Positions 51,999 through 62,306 of a stretch of DNA of 64,000 nt are shown in pieces. Each line of letters starts with the position of its first letter. The stretch's first letter is position 1. This stretch comes from Pseudoxanthomonas sp. Its GTDB lineage: Bacteria > Pseudomonadota > Gammaproteobacteria > Xanthomonadales > Xanthomonadaceae. The translations under genes and the position numbers were made by a program. The notes beneath the pieces were generated by a model, which ran no database searches, was not told the origin of the DNA, and saw only the letters and a list, made by a program, of their open reading frames with translations. The stretch spans positions 4,015,957 through 4,079,956 of the forward strand of contig NZ_CP114978.1 of assembly GCF_027498035.1 (NCBI RefSeq), given 5' to 3'.

Positions 51999-52285
51999 GA
52001 AGAGGACCATCCGTTACGGTACGGGGAGGTCGTTATGATCGTGAGGTTGTTTGGCCTGCGTCAAATCCCCATCTAAGGGTGCCGCTTCACGCCCCCATCC
52101 TCGCCATGCGCTTGCCCTCGTCCCGGATCCCCGCGTCGCAGCCCTTGCCAAGACCATCGGTCCTGGCAGCGCGCAAGGCGAGGCCGGGAACGCGAAGCGG
52201 CGCCGGTCACCTGACAGGCAGTCCACGCGCGATGCGCTACTTTCTCACCCGAACCCCTATGCAGCAGGATTTTAATGCCGACGGT

Positions 52286-52312
52286 GAACTTTCCACCGCA
52301 GCCGCGGTCACA
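52286..52312 (+). promoter_or_regulatory. sigmaE autoregulatory promoter
   Basis: GAACTT-N16-TCACA upstream of rpoE. Confidence 0.72.
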
Positions 52313-52353
52313 GGATGCGGACCATGACGGCGCCCACAGGCGTGCGGCCCGGC

Positions 52354-52971
52354 ATGACCGACGCTGATCCACCCATCGAGCTGGATCTCGAGCTGGTCAA
52401 GCGCGTACAGCGCGGGGACAGCGCCGCATTCGACCTGCTGGTGCGCAAGTACCAGCACAGGATCCTGGCGCTGATCGGCCGCTATGTGCATGACTGGAGC
52501 GAGTGCCAGGACGTGGCGCAGGACACTTTCATGCGCGCCTACCGCGCCATCGGGAGTTTCCGTGGAGACGCGCAGTTCTATACCTGGCTGCACAGGATCG
52601 CCGTGAACACCGCCAAGAACCATCTCGTTGCCCACAACCGACGCCCGCCCACCGACGATGTCGATGCGACCGACGCCGAACAGTACGACTCAGGTGCGCG
52701 CCTGCGCGACACCGATACGCCCGAGCGCGAACTCATGCGCCAGCAACTCGAGCAGACCGTGATGAAGGCGGTCGAAGCACTGCCCGAAGAGCTGCGCATG
52801 GCGATCACCCTGCGCGAGGTCGAAGGGCTGAGTTACGACGAAATTGCTGCAAGGATGGGCTGTCCGATCGGCACGGTGCGTTCGCGCATCTTCCGTGCCC
52901 GCGATGCCATCGACGTCGAGCTGCGCCCATTGCTTGAAACCGACAGCGCCACCCGGGAGCGCGCCCGATGA
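52354..52971 (+). CDS. rpoE: ECF sigma factor RpoE (sigma24/AlgU-like)
   Basis: DVAQDTF, FYTWLHRIAVN, GTVRSRIFRAR; followed by rseA-mucD-lepA. Confidence 0.95.
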   Translation: MTDADPPIELDLELVKRVQRGDSAAFDLLVRKYQHRILALIGRYVHDWSECQDVAQDTFMRAYRAIGSFRGDAQFYTWLHRIAVNTAKNHLVAHNRRPPTDDVDATDAEQYDSGARLRDTDTPERELMRQQLEQTVMKAVEALPEELRMAITLREVEGLSYDEIAARMGCPIGTVRSRIFRARDAIDVELRPLLETDSATRERAR

Positions 52972-53834
52972 TCGACGACAAGTTCCAGCAGCACTACCGC
53001 CAGCAGATGTCCGCGCTGATGGATGGCGAGCTTGCACCCGACCAGGCACGTTTCCTGATGCGCCGCATGGGCGAGGACGATGCCCTGAACGACACCTGGG
53101 AGCGCTGGCAGCTGTGTGGCGACGTCTTGCGTGGCCGCGCCCAGGCACCGGCGCCGCAGGGATTTGCAGAACGCGTGGCCGCAGCCATCGCCGAGCAGTC
53201 CGTGCAGCCGGCGGCCAACCAGGAATTCCGCCGCAGCGGCAACCGCCTGCTGCGCTGGGGTGGCGGTGCGATTGCCGCGTCGGTCGCGCTGGTCGCGTTG
53301 TTCATGGCCGGGCAGCAGTCCAAGCCGGCGGCCACCGTGCAGACCACTGAGCTGGCCAGCGCTGCGGTGCCTGCCGCGTTGCAGGCACCGCCTTCCACGC
53401 CGGCGCCGGCACCGTCGTTGCCTGATGCGGGCGCTGCTCTGGCCGGGTCTGCAGTGGCCGTGGCCAGCCTGCCGCGTCGGATCGACAGCGACAGCCGTCG
53501 TGGCAGCGCCACCCGCAACCAGCAGGCCGCACGGGCGACGGCCAACGTGACCCGGCAGGCGCTGGCGGCGGTGAATGCGCCTCCGGCGCGGGCCGTTGCT
53601 GCCGAGACACCGGCCAACACGCAGGACCCGTTCTCCGGTGCGCACCTGGGGCAGGCCAGTGCCCGTCCGTGGCCGCGCGCATCGCTGCCGCAGTTCCGCG
53701 CGGGCGGCAGCTACACGGCCGGCTACACGCCGGGCGAGCAGGCACCGTATTACCCGTTCCAGCCGCGCCTGCCCGATGTGCAACCGGCCACTTCCGGATC
53801 GGCCGCTGACGCCGAGAGCCCACCGCAGCCGTGA
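52968..53834 (+). CDS. rseA: Anti-sigma factor RseA/MucA-like
   Basis: MSALMDGEL, WERWQLCGDVLRG, single TM. Confidence 0.85.
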   Translation: MIDDKFQQHYRQQMSALMDGELAPDQARFLMRRMGEDDALNDTWERWQLCGDVLRGRAQAPAPQGFAERVAAAIAEQSVQPAANQEFRRSGNRLLRWGGGAIAASVALVALFMAGQQSKPAATVQTTELASAAVPAALQAPPSTPAPAPSLPDAGAALAGSAVAVASLPRRIDSDSRRGSATRNQQAARATANVTRQALAAVNAPPARAVAAETPANTQDPFSGAHLGQASARPWPRASLPQFRAGGSYTAGYTPGEQAPYYPFQPRLPDVQPATSGSAADAESPPQP

Positions 53835-53908
53835 TGCCAGCGCGTGGCGCCTGGCGCGCCGCGTGCGATCCACCTCCCCTTTCCCGCGACGCAAGAGGCA
53901 AGCAGTCG

Positions 53909-55489
53909 ATGAATCCACGTGCCCGCAATGGCCTGATTGGCCTGATTTCCCTCACCATGCCGCTGGCCGCCTGCGCCAAGCAGGACGCCGGTGGCGCCGC
54001 GGCAATTGCGCCGACCATCGCCCAGAGCAGTGCCCCGCAGATTGTCACCGGCCTGCCGGACTTCACCCGCCTGGTCGAACAGGTCGCCCCCGGCGTGGTC
54101 AACATCGATGCCACCATCGGCGGCGGCGACAGCAGTGCCGACGACGATGAGCAGGCCAGTGACAGCGATAGCGATGGCGATGACGACCAGTCGCAGTTGG
54201 ACCAGTCGCAGATCCCGGAAATCTTCCGCCAGATCTTCGGTCCGGGCATGCAGATGCCGGGGCAGGGCGGCGGTCGCGGCAATGCGCGTCCGCGCGGTGA
54301 ATCGATGGGTTCGGGCTTCATCATCTCGCCCGACGGCTACATCCTGACCAACAACCATGTGGTCGATGGCTCCAGCAACGTCAAGGTGAAACTGTCCGAC
54401 GGTCGCTCGTTCAAGGCCAAGGTGATCGGGACCGACAAGGGCTACGACGTGGCCCTGCTGAAGATCGACGCCAAGAGCCTGCCATCGCTGCGCATGGGCG
54501 AGTCGAACAACCTCAAGGCGGGCCAGTGGGTGGTGGCGATCGGTTCGCCGTTCGGCCTGGACCACTCGGTCACCGCTGGCGTGGTCAGCGCCACCGGCCG
54601 CACCCAGGCGGGAATGGGCGGGTCGAACTACGTGCGTTTCATCCAGACCGACGTGGCCATCAACCAGGGCAATTCAGGCGGCCCGCTGCTCAATACCTCC
54701 GGTGAAGTGGTCGGCATCAACTCGCAGATCTTTTCCCAGTCGGGCGGCTACATGGGCATCAGCTTCGCGATCCCGATCGACCTGGCGATCAGTGCCGCCG
54801 ACCAGCTGAAGAAGACCGGCAAGGTCAGTCGCGCCATGCTGGGCGTGGCGATGAATGCCGAGATCAGCGAAAGCATGGCCAAGAAGCTCGGCCTGCCCGA
54901 TACCAATGGCGTGATGGTCACCACGGTGTCCCCGGGCAGCGGTGCCGAGAAGGCCGGGATCAAGCCGATGGACGTGATCACCGAATTCAACGGAGAGAAG
55001 GTCACTGATTATTCCGACCTGCCGTCGCGCGTGGCGCCGCTGCCGCCGGGCACCAAGGTCACCCTGACCGTGATCCGCGATGGCAAGCCGCGCAAGGTGG
55101 ATGTCACCCTGACGGCGTTGGACCAGAAGGCCCTGGATGCGACCACCGGCGGCGGGCGTGACAAAGAAGACAGTGCCGACAAGGCGCCATCGGTCACGCC
55201 CAAGGTGCTCGGCTTTTCGGTCCAGGCGCTGCCCGAGGCACAGCGCCAGCGCCTGGGTCTGCCGGACGGCGGGGTGGTCATCTCCGGTGTCAACCGCGAC
55301 CTGGCGGCTGACACCGGCCTGTCGCCGGGCCTGATCGTGCTGCAGGTCAACCGCAGTGCCATCGGCAGCGTCGCCGATTTCAACAAGGCCGTGGCCGGGG
55401 TCAAGAAGGGCGATGTCCTGATGTTGCTGATCCAGAGCCAGCGCGGCGTCAAGCAGTTCGTGGCCGTCACCGTCGGCGGCGAAGGCTGA
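53909..55489 (+). CDS. mucD: DegP/DegQ-family serine endoprotease with two PDZ domains (MucD-like)
   Basis: GSGFII, TNNHV, IQTDVAINQGNSGGPL. Confidence 0.92.
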   Translation: MNPRARNGLIGLISLTMPLAACAKQDAGGAAAIAPTIAQSSAPQIVTGLPDFTRLVEQVAPGVVNIDATIGGGDSSADDDEQASDSDSDGDDDQSQLDQSQIPEIFRQIFGPGMQMPGQGGGRGNARPRGESMGSGFIISPDGYILTNNHVVDGSSNVKVKLSDGRSFKAKVIGTDKGYDVALLKIDAKSLPSLRMGESNNLKAGQWVVAIGSPFGLDHSVTAGVVSATGRTQAGMGGSNYVRFIQTDVAINQGNSGGPLLNTSGEVVGINSQIFSQSGGYMGISFAIPIDLAISAADQLKKTGKVSRAMLGVAMNAEISESMAKKLGLPDTNGVMVTTVSPGSGAEKAGIKPMDVITEFNGEKVTDYSDLPSRVAPLPPGTKVTLTVIRDGKPRKVDVTLTALDQKALDATTGGGRDKEDSADKAPSVTPKVLGFSVQALPEAQRQRLGLPDGGVVISGVNRDLAADTGLSPGLIVLQVNRSAIGSVADFNKAVAGVKKGDVLMLLIQSQRGVKQFVAVTVGGEG

Positions 55490-55633
55490 TCTCCGCCTGT
55501 CGCGCCGGGAAACCGCCCGGCGCACCCCGGGCCGCCCGATCCGGGCGGCCCGCATGCTGCCATGCGATAATCCTCGTTTGTCCTACGACGGCCCCGAGCC
55601 GCCGCCTCCATGCCGCCTGAATCACCCGCCTCG

Positions 55634-57427
55634 ATGCGGAACATCCGCAATTTCTCGATCATCGCCCATGTCGACCACGGCAAGTCCACGCTGGCCGACC
55701 GCATCATCCAGCTGTGCGGTGGTCTGCAGGCCCGTGAGATGGAGGCGCAGGTGCTCGACTCGAACCCGATCGAGCGCGAGCGCGGCATCACCATCAAGGC
55801 CCAGTCCGTGTCCCTGCCGTATACGGCCAAGGACGGGCAGACCTACCAGCTGAATTTCATCGACACCCCCGGGCACGTGGACTTCTCCTACGAAGTCAGC
55901 CGCTCGCTGGCCGCCTGCGAGGGCGCGCTGCTGGTGGTTGATGCCGCCCAGGGCGTGGAAGCCCAGTCGGTGGCGAACTGCTACACCGCGGTGGAGCAGG
56001 GCCTGGAAGTGGTGCCGGTGCTGAACAAGATCGACCTGCCCACGGCCGACATCGACAAGGCCAAGGCCGAGATCGAAGCCGTCATCGGCATCGACGCCGA
56101 CGACGCGGTGCCCGTCAGCGCCAAGACCGGCCTGAACGTGGACCTGGTGCTGGAGGCGATCGTCCAGCGCATTCCGCCGCCGGTGCCGCGCGATACCGAC
56201 AAGCTGCAGGCGCTGATCATCGATTCCTGGTTCGACAACTACCTGGGCGTGGTCTCGCTGGTGCGCGTGATGCAGGGCGAGATCGGCCCGAAGAGCAAGC
56301 TCCTGGTGATGTCCACCGGCCGCACCCACGAGGTCGACAAGGTCGGCGTGTTCACCCCCAAGCGCAAGGAGCTGCCGAAGCTGCGCGCGGGCGAAGTGGG
56401 CTGGATCACCGCCTCGATCAAGGATGTGCATGGCGCGCCGGTCGGCGACACCCTGACCCTGGCCAGCGATCCGGCAGCCAAGCCGCTGCCGGGCTTCCAG
56501 GAAATGCAGCCGCGCGTGTTCTCCGGCCTGTTCCCGGTCAATGCCGAGGACTACCCGGCACTGCGCGAGGCGCTGGACAAGCTGCGCCTGAATGACGCGG
56601 CGCTGCGGTTCGAGCCGGAAAGCTCCGAGGCGATGGGCTTCGGCTTCCGCTGCGGCTTCCTCGGCATGCTGCACATGGAGATCGTGCAGGAGCGCCTGGA
56701 GCGCGAATACGACCTGGACCTGATCGGCACCGCGCCGACCGTGGTCTACGAAGTGCTCAAGACCGACGGCAGCATCCTGTCGCTGGATAACCCATCCAAA
56801 CTGCCGCAGTCCAACCTGATCCAGGAAGTGCGCGAGCCCATCATCCGCGCCAACATCCTCACGCCCGAGGCCTACATCGGCGCGATCATCAAGCTGTGCG
56901 AGGAAAAGCGCGGCGTGCAGATCAGCATCCAGTACCTGGCCAGCCAGGTGCAGATCAGCTATGAACTGCCGATGGCCGAGGTGGTGCTGGATTTCTTCGA
57001 CAAGCTCAAGTCGGTCAGCCGTGGCTACGCGTCGCTGGATTACGCGTTCCTGCGCTTCCAGGAAGGCCCGTTCGTGCGCCTGGATACGCTGATCAATGGC
57101 GACAAGGTCGATGCGCTCAGCCTGATCGTGCACCGCAGCCACGCCGATCGTCGTGGCCGCGAACTGACCGAGAAGATGCGCGAACTGATCCCGCGGCAGA
57201 TGTTCGACGTGGCCATCCAGGCTGCGGTCGGCGCGCAGATCATCGCCCGGTCCACGGTCAAGGCGATGCGCAAGAACGTGCTGGCCAAGTGCTATGGCGG
57301 CGACATCAGCCGCAAGAAGAAACTTCTGGAAAAGCAGAAGGAAGGCAAGAAGCGCATGAAGCAGGTCGGCCGCGTGGAGATTCCGCAGGAAGCTTTCCTG
57401 GCCGTGTTGCAGGTCGACAGCAAGTAA
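55634..57427 (+). CDS. lepA: Elongation factor 4
   Basis: [30 protein letters not shown]. Confidence 0.97.
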   Translation: MRNIRNFSIIAHVDHGKSTLADRIIQLCGGLQAREMEAQVLDSNPIERERGITIKAQSVSLPYTAKDGQTYQLNFIDTPGHVDFSYEVSRSLAACEGALLVVDAAQGVEAQSVANCYTAVEQGLEVVPVLNKIDLPTADIDKAKAEIEAVIGIDADDAVPVSAKTGLNVDLVLEAIVQRIPPPVPRDTDKLQALIIDSWFDNYLGVVSLVRVMQGEIGPKSKLLVMSTGRTHEVDKVGVFTPKRKELPKLRAGEVGWITASIKDVHGAPVGDTLTLASDPAAKPLPGFQEMQPRVFSGLFPVNAEDYPALREALDKLRLNDAALRFEPESSEAMGFGFRCGFLGMLHMEIVQERLEREYDLDLIGTAPTVVYEVLKTDGSILSLDNPSKLPQSNLIQEVREPIIRANILTPEAYIGAIIKLCEEKRGVQISIQYLASQVQISYELPMAEVVLDFFDKLKSVSRGYASLDYAFLRFQEGPFVRLDTLINGDKVDALSLIVHRSHADRRGRELTEKMRELIPRQMFDVAIQAAVGAQIIARSTVKAMRKNVLAKCYGGDISRKKKLLEKQKEGKKRMKQVGRVEIPQEAFLAVLQVDSK

Positions 57428-57517
57428 GGGACGCGACTGGCCTGCGCTGCGCGCGGAAGGCCGGGTTCGCATGTGTGATCGCCGGGGAGTCCCGGTTCTC
57501 CAGTTCTAGGAAAAACG

Positions 57518-58312
57518 ATGGTCTGGTTCGAAACAATCCTGGTGGTGCTCACCCTGCTGACCGGCGTGATCTGGCTGGCCGACAAGCTGTTCCTGGCCAA
57601 GCGCCGCGCTGCCAGGTCTGGCCTGCTGGACGAAGAGCCGGTCCTGGTCGATTACTCCAAGGCGTTCTTCCCGGTGCTGGCCATCGTGCTGATCCTGCGC
57701 AGCTTCGTCGCCGAGCCGTACAAGATCCCGTCGGCCTCGATGATGCCCAACCTGCTGATCGGCGATTTCATCCTGGTCAACAAGTTCTCCTACGGCCTGC
57801 GCCTGCCGATCACCAACACCAAGTTCCTGCCGATCGGCGAGCCCAAGCGCGGCGACGTGGTGGTGTTCAAGCCGCCGATGGATCCGGAAAACAACTGGGT
57901 CAAGCGCATCGTCGGCCTGCCGGGCGACACCATCAGCTTCACCGGCAACACGCTGTCGGTGAATGGCACCGAGGTGCAGTACAAGCCGCTGGGCAGCTAT
58001 ACCGGCCGGGGCCTGCCGCCTGGCAGTGACCGGGTCACCCTGTTGCAGGAAGACCTGCCGGGCCACACCCACACCTTGTACGAGGATCTGGGGCGCTACA
58101 CCGGCGAAGGTACCTGGACGGTGCCGGCTGGCCACTATTTCGTGATGGGCGACAATCGTGATAATAGCGAGGACGGCCGCCTGTGGACGGATACGCACTT
58201 CCTGCCCGAGGAGAATCTCAGGGGCAAGGCGTTCCTGATCTGGCTCAATTGCGAAGGCTGGTTCTGCAAGAACGGGTTCGATCCGTCCCGCATCGGGCAT
58301 GGCATCGAGTGA
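57518..58312 (+). CDS. lepB: Signal peptidase I
   Basis: IPSASM, VKRIVG, GDNRDNS. Confidence 0.96.
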   Translation: MVWFETILVVLTLLTGVIWLADKLFLAKRRAARSGLLDEEPVLVDYSKAFFPVLAIVLILRSFVAEPYKIPSASMMPNLLIGDFILVNKFSYGLRLPITNTKFLPIGEPKRGDVVVFKPPMDPENNWVKRIVGLPGDTISFTGNTLSVNGTEVQYKPLGSYTGRGLPPGSDRVTLLQEDLPGHTHTLYEDLGRYTGEGTWTVPAGHYFVMGDNRDNSEDGRLWTDTHFLPEENLRGKAFLIWLNCEGWFCKNGFDPSRIGHGIE

Positions 58313-58343
58313 TCTGGTTGTTCTAATGGGGATGGGGAAGGTC

Positions 58344-58727
58344 ATGAAGCGCAACCAAAGTGGCATCACGCTGATCGGGTTCCTGATCACGTTGGCGGTG
58401 GTCGGTTTTGCCGCGTACATCGGCATGAAGCTGTTCCCGATGTACGAGGAGTACTACTCGCTGAAGATGGCGGCCAAGGGCCTGGCCGACGAGCCGGGTT
58501 CGGCCAACATGGATCCCGCCAAGCTGCAGGACCTGCTGTTCCGCCGGCTGGACATCAACTATTCCGACAGCGTCAAACCGGCTGACGTGAAGTTCAAGCG
58601 CATCGATGCGGGCTGGAACATGCATGTCCAGTACGAGGTGCGCAAGCCGCTGGTCGGCAACCTGGATGTGGTCGGCAAGTTCGAGGTGTCCCAGGACATC
58701 ACCCGGAGTGGTGGTGGCGAAGGCTGA
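58344..58727 (+). CDS. DUF4845-like protein (pilin-like N-terminus)
   Basis: QSGITLIG plus TM; conserved lepB-X-rnc position. Confidence 0.8.
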   Translation: MKRNQSGITLIGFLITLAVVGFAAYIGMKLFPMYEEYYSLKMAAKGLADEPGSANMDPAKLQDLLFRRLDINYSDSVKPADVKFKRIDAGWNMHVQYEVRKPLVGNLDVVGKFEVSQDITRSGGGEG

Positions 58728-59394
58728 GCCCGCCGCCGGCAGTGACCGGATCGGCCACCGTTTCGCTGATCCGCAGCTGCTGGCACAGGCGCTGACCCAT
58801 CGCAGCGCCGGCACGCCGCACAACGAGCGACTGGAATTCCTCGGCGACGGCATCGTCAACCTGCTGATCGCCGAGGTGCTGTTCCAGCGCTGGCCCAAGG
58901 CCGACGAAGGCGCGCTGACCCGCGCCCGGGCCGAACTTGTACGCGAAGCTTCGCTGGCCACGCTCGCGCGCGAACTCGAACTGGGCGCGCGCCTGACCAT
59001 GGGTCCTGGCGAAATGAAGTCCGGCGGCCATCGTCGCGATTCGATCCTGGCCGACGCTCTGGAAGCGGTCGTGGCAGCCATCTATCTGGATGCCGGTTTC
59101 GAGGCCTGCCGCGACCGGGTCCTGCCCTGGTTCGAAGCCTCGCTGGCAGCGCTGCCGGTCGGCAAGCCGGAAAAAGATCCCAAGACCCGGCTCCAGGAAT
59201 GGCTGCAGGGTAAGCAGAAGCCGCTGCCGGTCTACGAACTGGTTTCCGAAACGGGCGAGGAACACGCCCGGCATTTCCAGGTGCGCTGCGTCACCAGCGA
59301 GCCGTCGCTCTCCGCAGAAGGCGAGGGCAATTCGCGCAGGGTCGCCGAACAGGCGGCCGCGGCCGGTGTCATCAGCCAGTTGCCACGCAAATAG
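58714..59394 (+). CDS. rnc: Ribonuclease III
   Basis: [15 protein letters not shown], ds[11 protein letters not shown]. Confidence 0.96.
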   Translation: MAKAEPAAGSDRIGHRFADPQLLAQALTHRSAGTPHNERLEFLGDGIVNLLIAEVLFQRWPKADEGALTRARAELVREASLATLARELELGARLTMGPGEMKSGGHRRDSILADALEAVVAAIYLDAGFEACRDRVLPWFEASLAALPVGKPEKDPKTRLQEWLQGKQKPLPVYELVSETGEEHARHFQVRCVTSEPSLSAEGEGNSRRVAEQAAAAGVISQLPRK

Positions 59395-59420
59395 ACCTGC
59401 CCCCCGATGCCGATCGCGCG

Positions 59421-59515
59421 CCCTGTAGAGCGGAGCTTGCTCCGCTGGGGGCATTCCCGGCAAAGCTCCAGCCGAGTCCCCAAAAGGGGATCGCCACAAG
59501 CTCGGCTCTACAGGG
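59421..59515. repeat. REP doublet; right REP carries the 20-nt insert
   Basis: ccctGTAGAGCGGAGCTTGCTCCGCT ... agccgag[tccccaaaaggggatcgcca]caagctcggctctacaggg. Confidence 0.85.
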
Positions 59516-59565
59516 AAGATCACGATCATTCGCACTCATTCCCCGTACGCTCTAAGCTTCCTGCC

Positions 59566-60474
59566 ATGAATACCCCAGCATCCCACCGCAGCGGCAGCGT
59601 TGCGGTCATCGGCCGTCCCAACGTCGGCAAATCCACCCTGACCAATGCGCTGGTCGGGGCCAAGGTGTCCATCACCTCCAGTCGCCCGCAGACTACGCGG
59701 CACCGGCTGCTGGGCATCGCGACCTTCCCGGAGGGGCAGATCGTGTTGGTCGATACACCCGGCCTGCACAAGCAGCAGGGCAAGTATTCGGCCTCGGCGA
59801 TGAGCCGGGTGATGAATCGTGCCGCGCGCGGTGCGCTGGAAGGCGTCGATGCCGGCCTGCTGGTGATCGAAGCCGGCCGCTGGGACGAGACCGACACCCT
59901 GGCCTACAACGTCCTCAGCGATACCGGCATCCCGGTGGTGCTGGTGATCAACAAGGTCGACCGGCTCAAGGAAAAATCCGAGCTGCTGCCGTTCCTGGCC
60001 CAGATCACCGAAGGCCGCATCTTCGCTGCCGTGCATCCGATCTCGGCATTGAAGAAGAACGGCCTGGAGGCTCTGGTGCGTGACGTGCTGTCGCACCTGC
60101 CCGAGGCGCCGGCGATGTTTGGCGAGGACGAAATCACCGACCGCAGCGAACGTTTCCTGGCCGGTGAGCTGATCCGCGAGCAGCTGATGCGCCAGCTCGG
60201 CGCCGAGCTTCCATACGCCACGACCACCGAGATCGAAAGCTTCACCGTGGACGGCAACATGCTGCGCATCGGAGCGGTGATCTGGGTCGAGCGCGAAACC
60301 CAGAAGGCCATCGTCATCGGCAAGGGCGGCGCCCGCCTGAAGGACATCGGTACCAAGGCGCGCCAGCAGATGGAGCACCTGTTCGACCGCAAGGTGTTCC
60401 TGGAAACCTGGGTCCGCGTGCGCGAAGGCTGGTCGGATGACGAAACGGCGCTGAAGGCGTTCGGTTACGAGTGA
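59566..60474 (+). CDS. era: GTPase Era
   Basis: [23 protein letters not shown] domain. Confidence 0.96.
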   Translation: MNTPASHRSGSVAVIGRPNVGKSTLTNALVGAKVSITSSRPQTTRHRLLGIATFPEGQIVLVDTPGLHKQQGKYSASAMSRVMNRAARGALEGVDAGLLVIEAGRWDETDTLAYNVLSDTGIPVVLVINKVDRLKEKSELLPFLAQITEGRIFAAVHPISALKKNGLEALVRDVLSHLPEAPAMFGEDEITDRSERFLAGELIREQLMRQLGAELPYATTTEIESFTVDGNMLRIGAVIWVERETQKAIVIGKGGARLKDIGTKARQQMEHLFDRKVFLETWVRVREGWSDDETALKAFGYE

Positions 60475-60506
60475 CGTCGTCGGGAGCGCCGAGTTCCGAG
60501 CCCCCC

Positions 60507-61250
60507 ATGCAACTCGATGACGTCACTGCCTTCGTCCTGCACACCCGCCCTTGGCGCGAGACCAGCCTGCTGGTGGAAGTGCTGACCGACCAGCATGGTC
60601 GGGTCGGGCTGATCGCGCGCGGCGTGCAGGGGCCGAAGCGGCATGTGCTGCGGGCCGCGCTGCAGCCGCTGCAGCACATCCGCCTGAGCGCGCAGCTGCG
60701 CGGCGAGCTGGGGCGGCTGGTGTCGGCCGAAGCGCTGGATGCGGCGCCGCGGCTGGAAGGCGAGGCGATGCTCTCGGCTTTCTACGTCAACGAGCTGATG
60801 CTGCGGCTGGTGCCGCGCCAGGACCCGCAGCCGGACCTGTTCGTGGCGTATGCGAAAGTGCGCGCGCGGCTGGCGCATGGCGCGGCGCTGGGCTGGACGT
60901 TGCGCCGGTTCGAACGCGACCTGCTGGATTCGCTGGGATTCGGCGTCGGCCTGGACATCGATGGCGATGGCGAGCCGATTGATCCAGCGGCGCGCTACCG
61001 GCTGGACCCCGAACACGGCGCGCGTCGCTTGCTCAGCGAGCGCGCTGGCGAGCGCCAGTCCGCACCGACCGGGCAGGCGTTGCTGGCACTGGCGAACGAC
61101 ACGCTGCCCGAGCCATCGGATCTTGCCGACCTGCGCCGCGCCATGCGCCAACTGCTCTCGCATCATCTCGGCCCGCGTGGACTGAAGTCCTGGGAAATGT
61201 TGGCTGCGCTGCCGCGCGCTCCACGCTTGCCGGACCCGGATGCTGCCTAG
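60507..61250 (+). CDS. recO: DNA repair protein RecO
   Basis: [19 protein letters not shown]; follows era. Confidence 0.94.
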   Translation: MQLDDVTAFVLHTRPWRETSLLVEVLTDQHGRVGLIARGVQGPKRHVLRAALQPLQHIRLSAQLRGELGRLVSAEALDAAPRLEGEAMLSAFYVNELMLRLVPRQDPQPDLFVAYAKVRARLAHGAALGWTLRRFERDLLDSLGFGVGLDIDGDGEPIDPAARYRLDPEHGARRLLSERAGERQSAPTGQALLALANDTLPEPSDLADLRRAMRQLLSHHLGPRGLKSWEMLAALPRAPRLPDPDAA

Positions 61251-61291
61251 CGGGATTGCGCGGGATTGGGATGGATGGACTCGCTCGATGC

Positions 61292-61361
61292 CTGTAGAGC
61301 CGAGCTTGCTCGGCTGAAGCTCCGCCGGGAAGGCCTCAGCCGAGCAAGCTCGGCTCTACAG
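61292..61361. repeat. REP doublet, uninterrupted form
   Basis: GTAGAGCCGAGCTTGCTCGGCT ... AGCCGAGCAAGCTCGGCTCTAC. Confidence 0.9.
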
Positions 61362-61496
61362 ACGAGCGAGGGCCGCCTGCAAAACGTCTCGCGAGCCCTG
61401 GATGCGCCGGGTTTACCCGGGGCTGTGTGCTGAACCGCACGGCCACAGGGGGCGATGTGGCTTTATCGGTCAAGTTCTCGAGCCGATGGCCCGCTC

Positions 61497-62192
61497 CTAC
61501 GCGCGGGTCTGCTGCCAGGCGGCCTGGAACGCGGGTTCACCAGAAAGATCGGGCAGGCCGGCGTCCAGGGTCTGGGCTGCGGCCTGCAGCCGTGCGGCAC
61601 CGACGAAACCGGTGCTCGCGCGCAAGCGATGCAGCTGCTGGTGTGCGGTAGCCCAGTCGCCGCTGGCCAGGGCCGTGATGATGGCCGCAGCCTGCACGTC
61701 GAGCTCCTGCAGGAACAGGTCGCGCAGCGTCTGCAGGTGCGTGGCGTTGCCGCCCAGGGCGGCCAGTGCGCTGGCGTCGTCCCAGACCGGCAGGTCATCG
61801 CTGCCTGCCTGCACCGCGGCGGTGGGTCGCGGTGCGCGGGATTCCAGTACGCCCAGCGCGGCCTGGCGCAGCGCGGCGGCGGCGACCGGTTTGACCACCA
61901 CCGCGGCGAAGCCTGCTTCACACAACGTGGCGTGCAGGGCTGGCGAATGATCGGCGGTGTGGGCCAGCGCGGGCAGGCCAGGCTGGCGCGTGCGCAGGCG
62001 TTGCAGCAGGTCTTCGCCGCGGCCGTCGGGCAGGTTGGCGTCCACCAGGCACAGGTCGAAGGTCTGCGCCAAACCCAGGGCTTCGGCCTGGCTGCGCGCG
62101 GTCTGGACCGTGGCGGGCAGGGCTTCCAGCGCCACGCGCATGAATTCGGCGGTGGTCGGGTCGTCCTCGACCAGCAGGATGCGGGGTGTCAT
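61497..62192 (-). CDS. Stand-alone receiver (REC) plus Hpt domain protein
   Basis: LLVEDD, LVDANLPD, TA, VKP; C-terminal LHRLRASTGFVGA. Confidence 0.82.
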   Translation of the reverse strand: MTPRILLVEDDPTTAEFMRVALEALPATVQTARSQAEALGLAQTFDLCLVDANLPDGRGEDLLQRLRTRQPGLPALAHTADHSPALHATLCEAGFAAVVVKPVAAAALRQAALGVLESRAPRPTAAVQAGSDDLPVWDDASALAALGGNATHLQTLRDLFLQELDVQAAAIITALASGDWATAHQQLHRLRASTGFVGAARLQAAAQTLDAGLPDLSGEPAFQAAWQQTRA

Positions 62193-62306
62193 GACCTCAT
62201 TCCTCCGTGAAAGGGTGCCTGTCGGCGCGCGCTGGAACCGCGCCGGCTGCCGCGCCCGGCGCATCTGCGACAATACGCGATTCCCTGCACGCAGCCAGAC
62301 CGCCAC

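Noticed and set aside
52968-55489. Absence of rseB/rseC between rseA and mucD
   Set aside because: Believed typical of Xanthomonas-like rpoE loci
61251-61280. gggatt-type short repeats after recO
   Set aside because: Only two or three degenerate units; too short to support a repeat element
26291-61361. CRISPR array interpretation of the repeated palindromes
   Set aside because: Dispersed inverted doublets with GTAG ends (REP), not direct repeats with unique spacers; no cas genes
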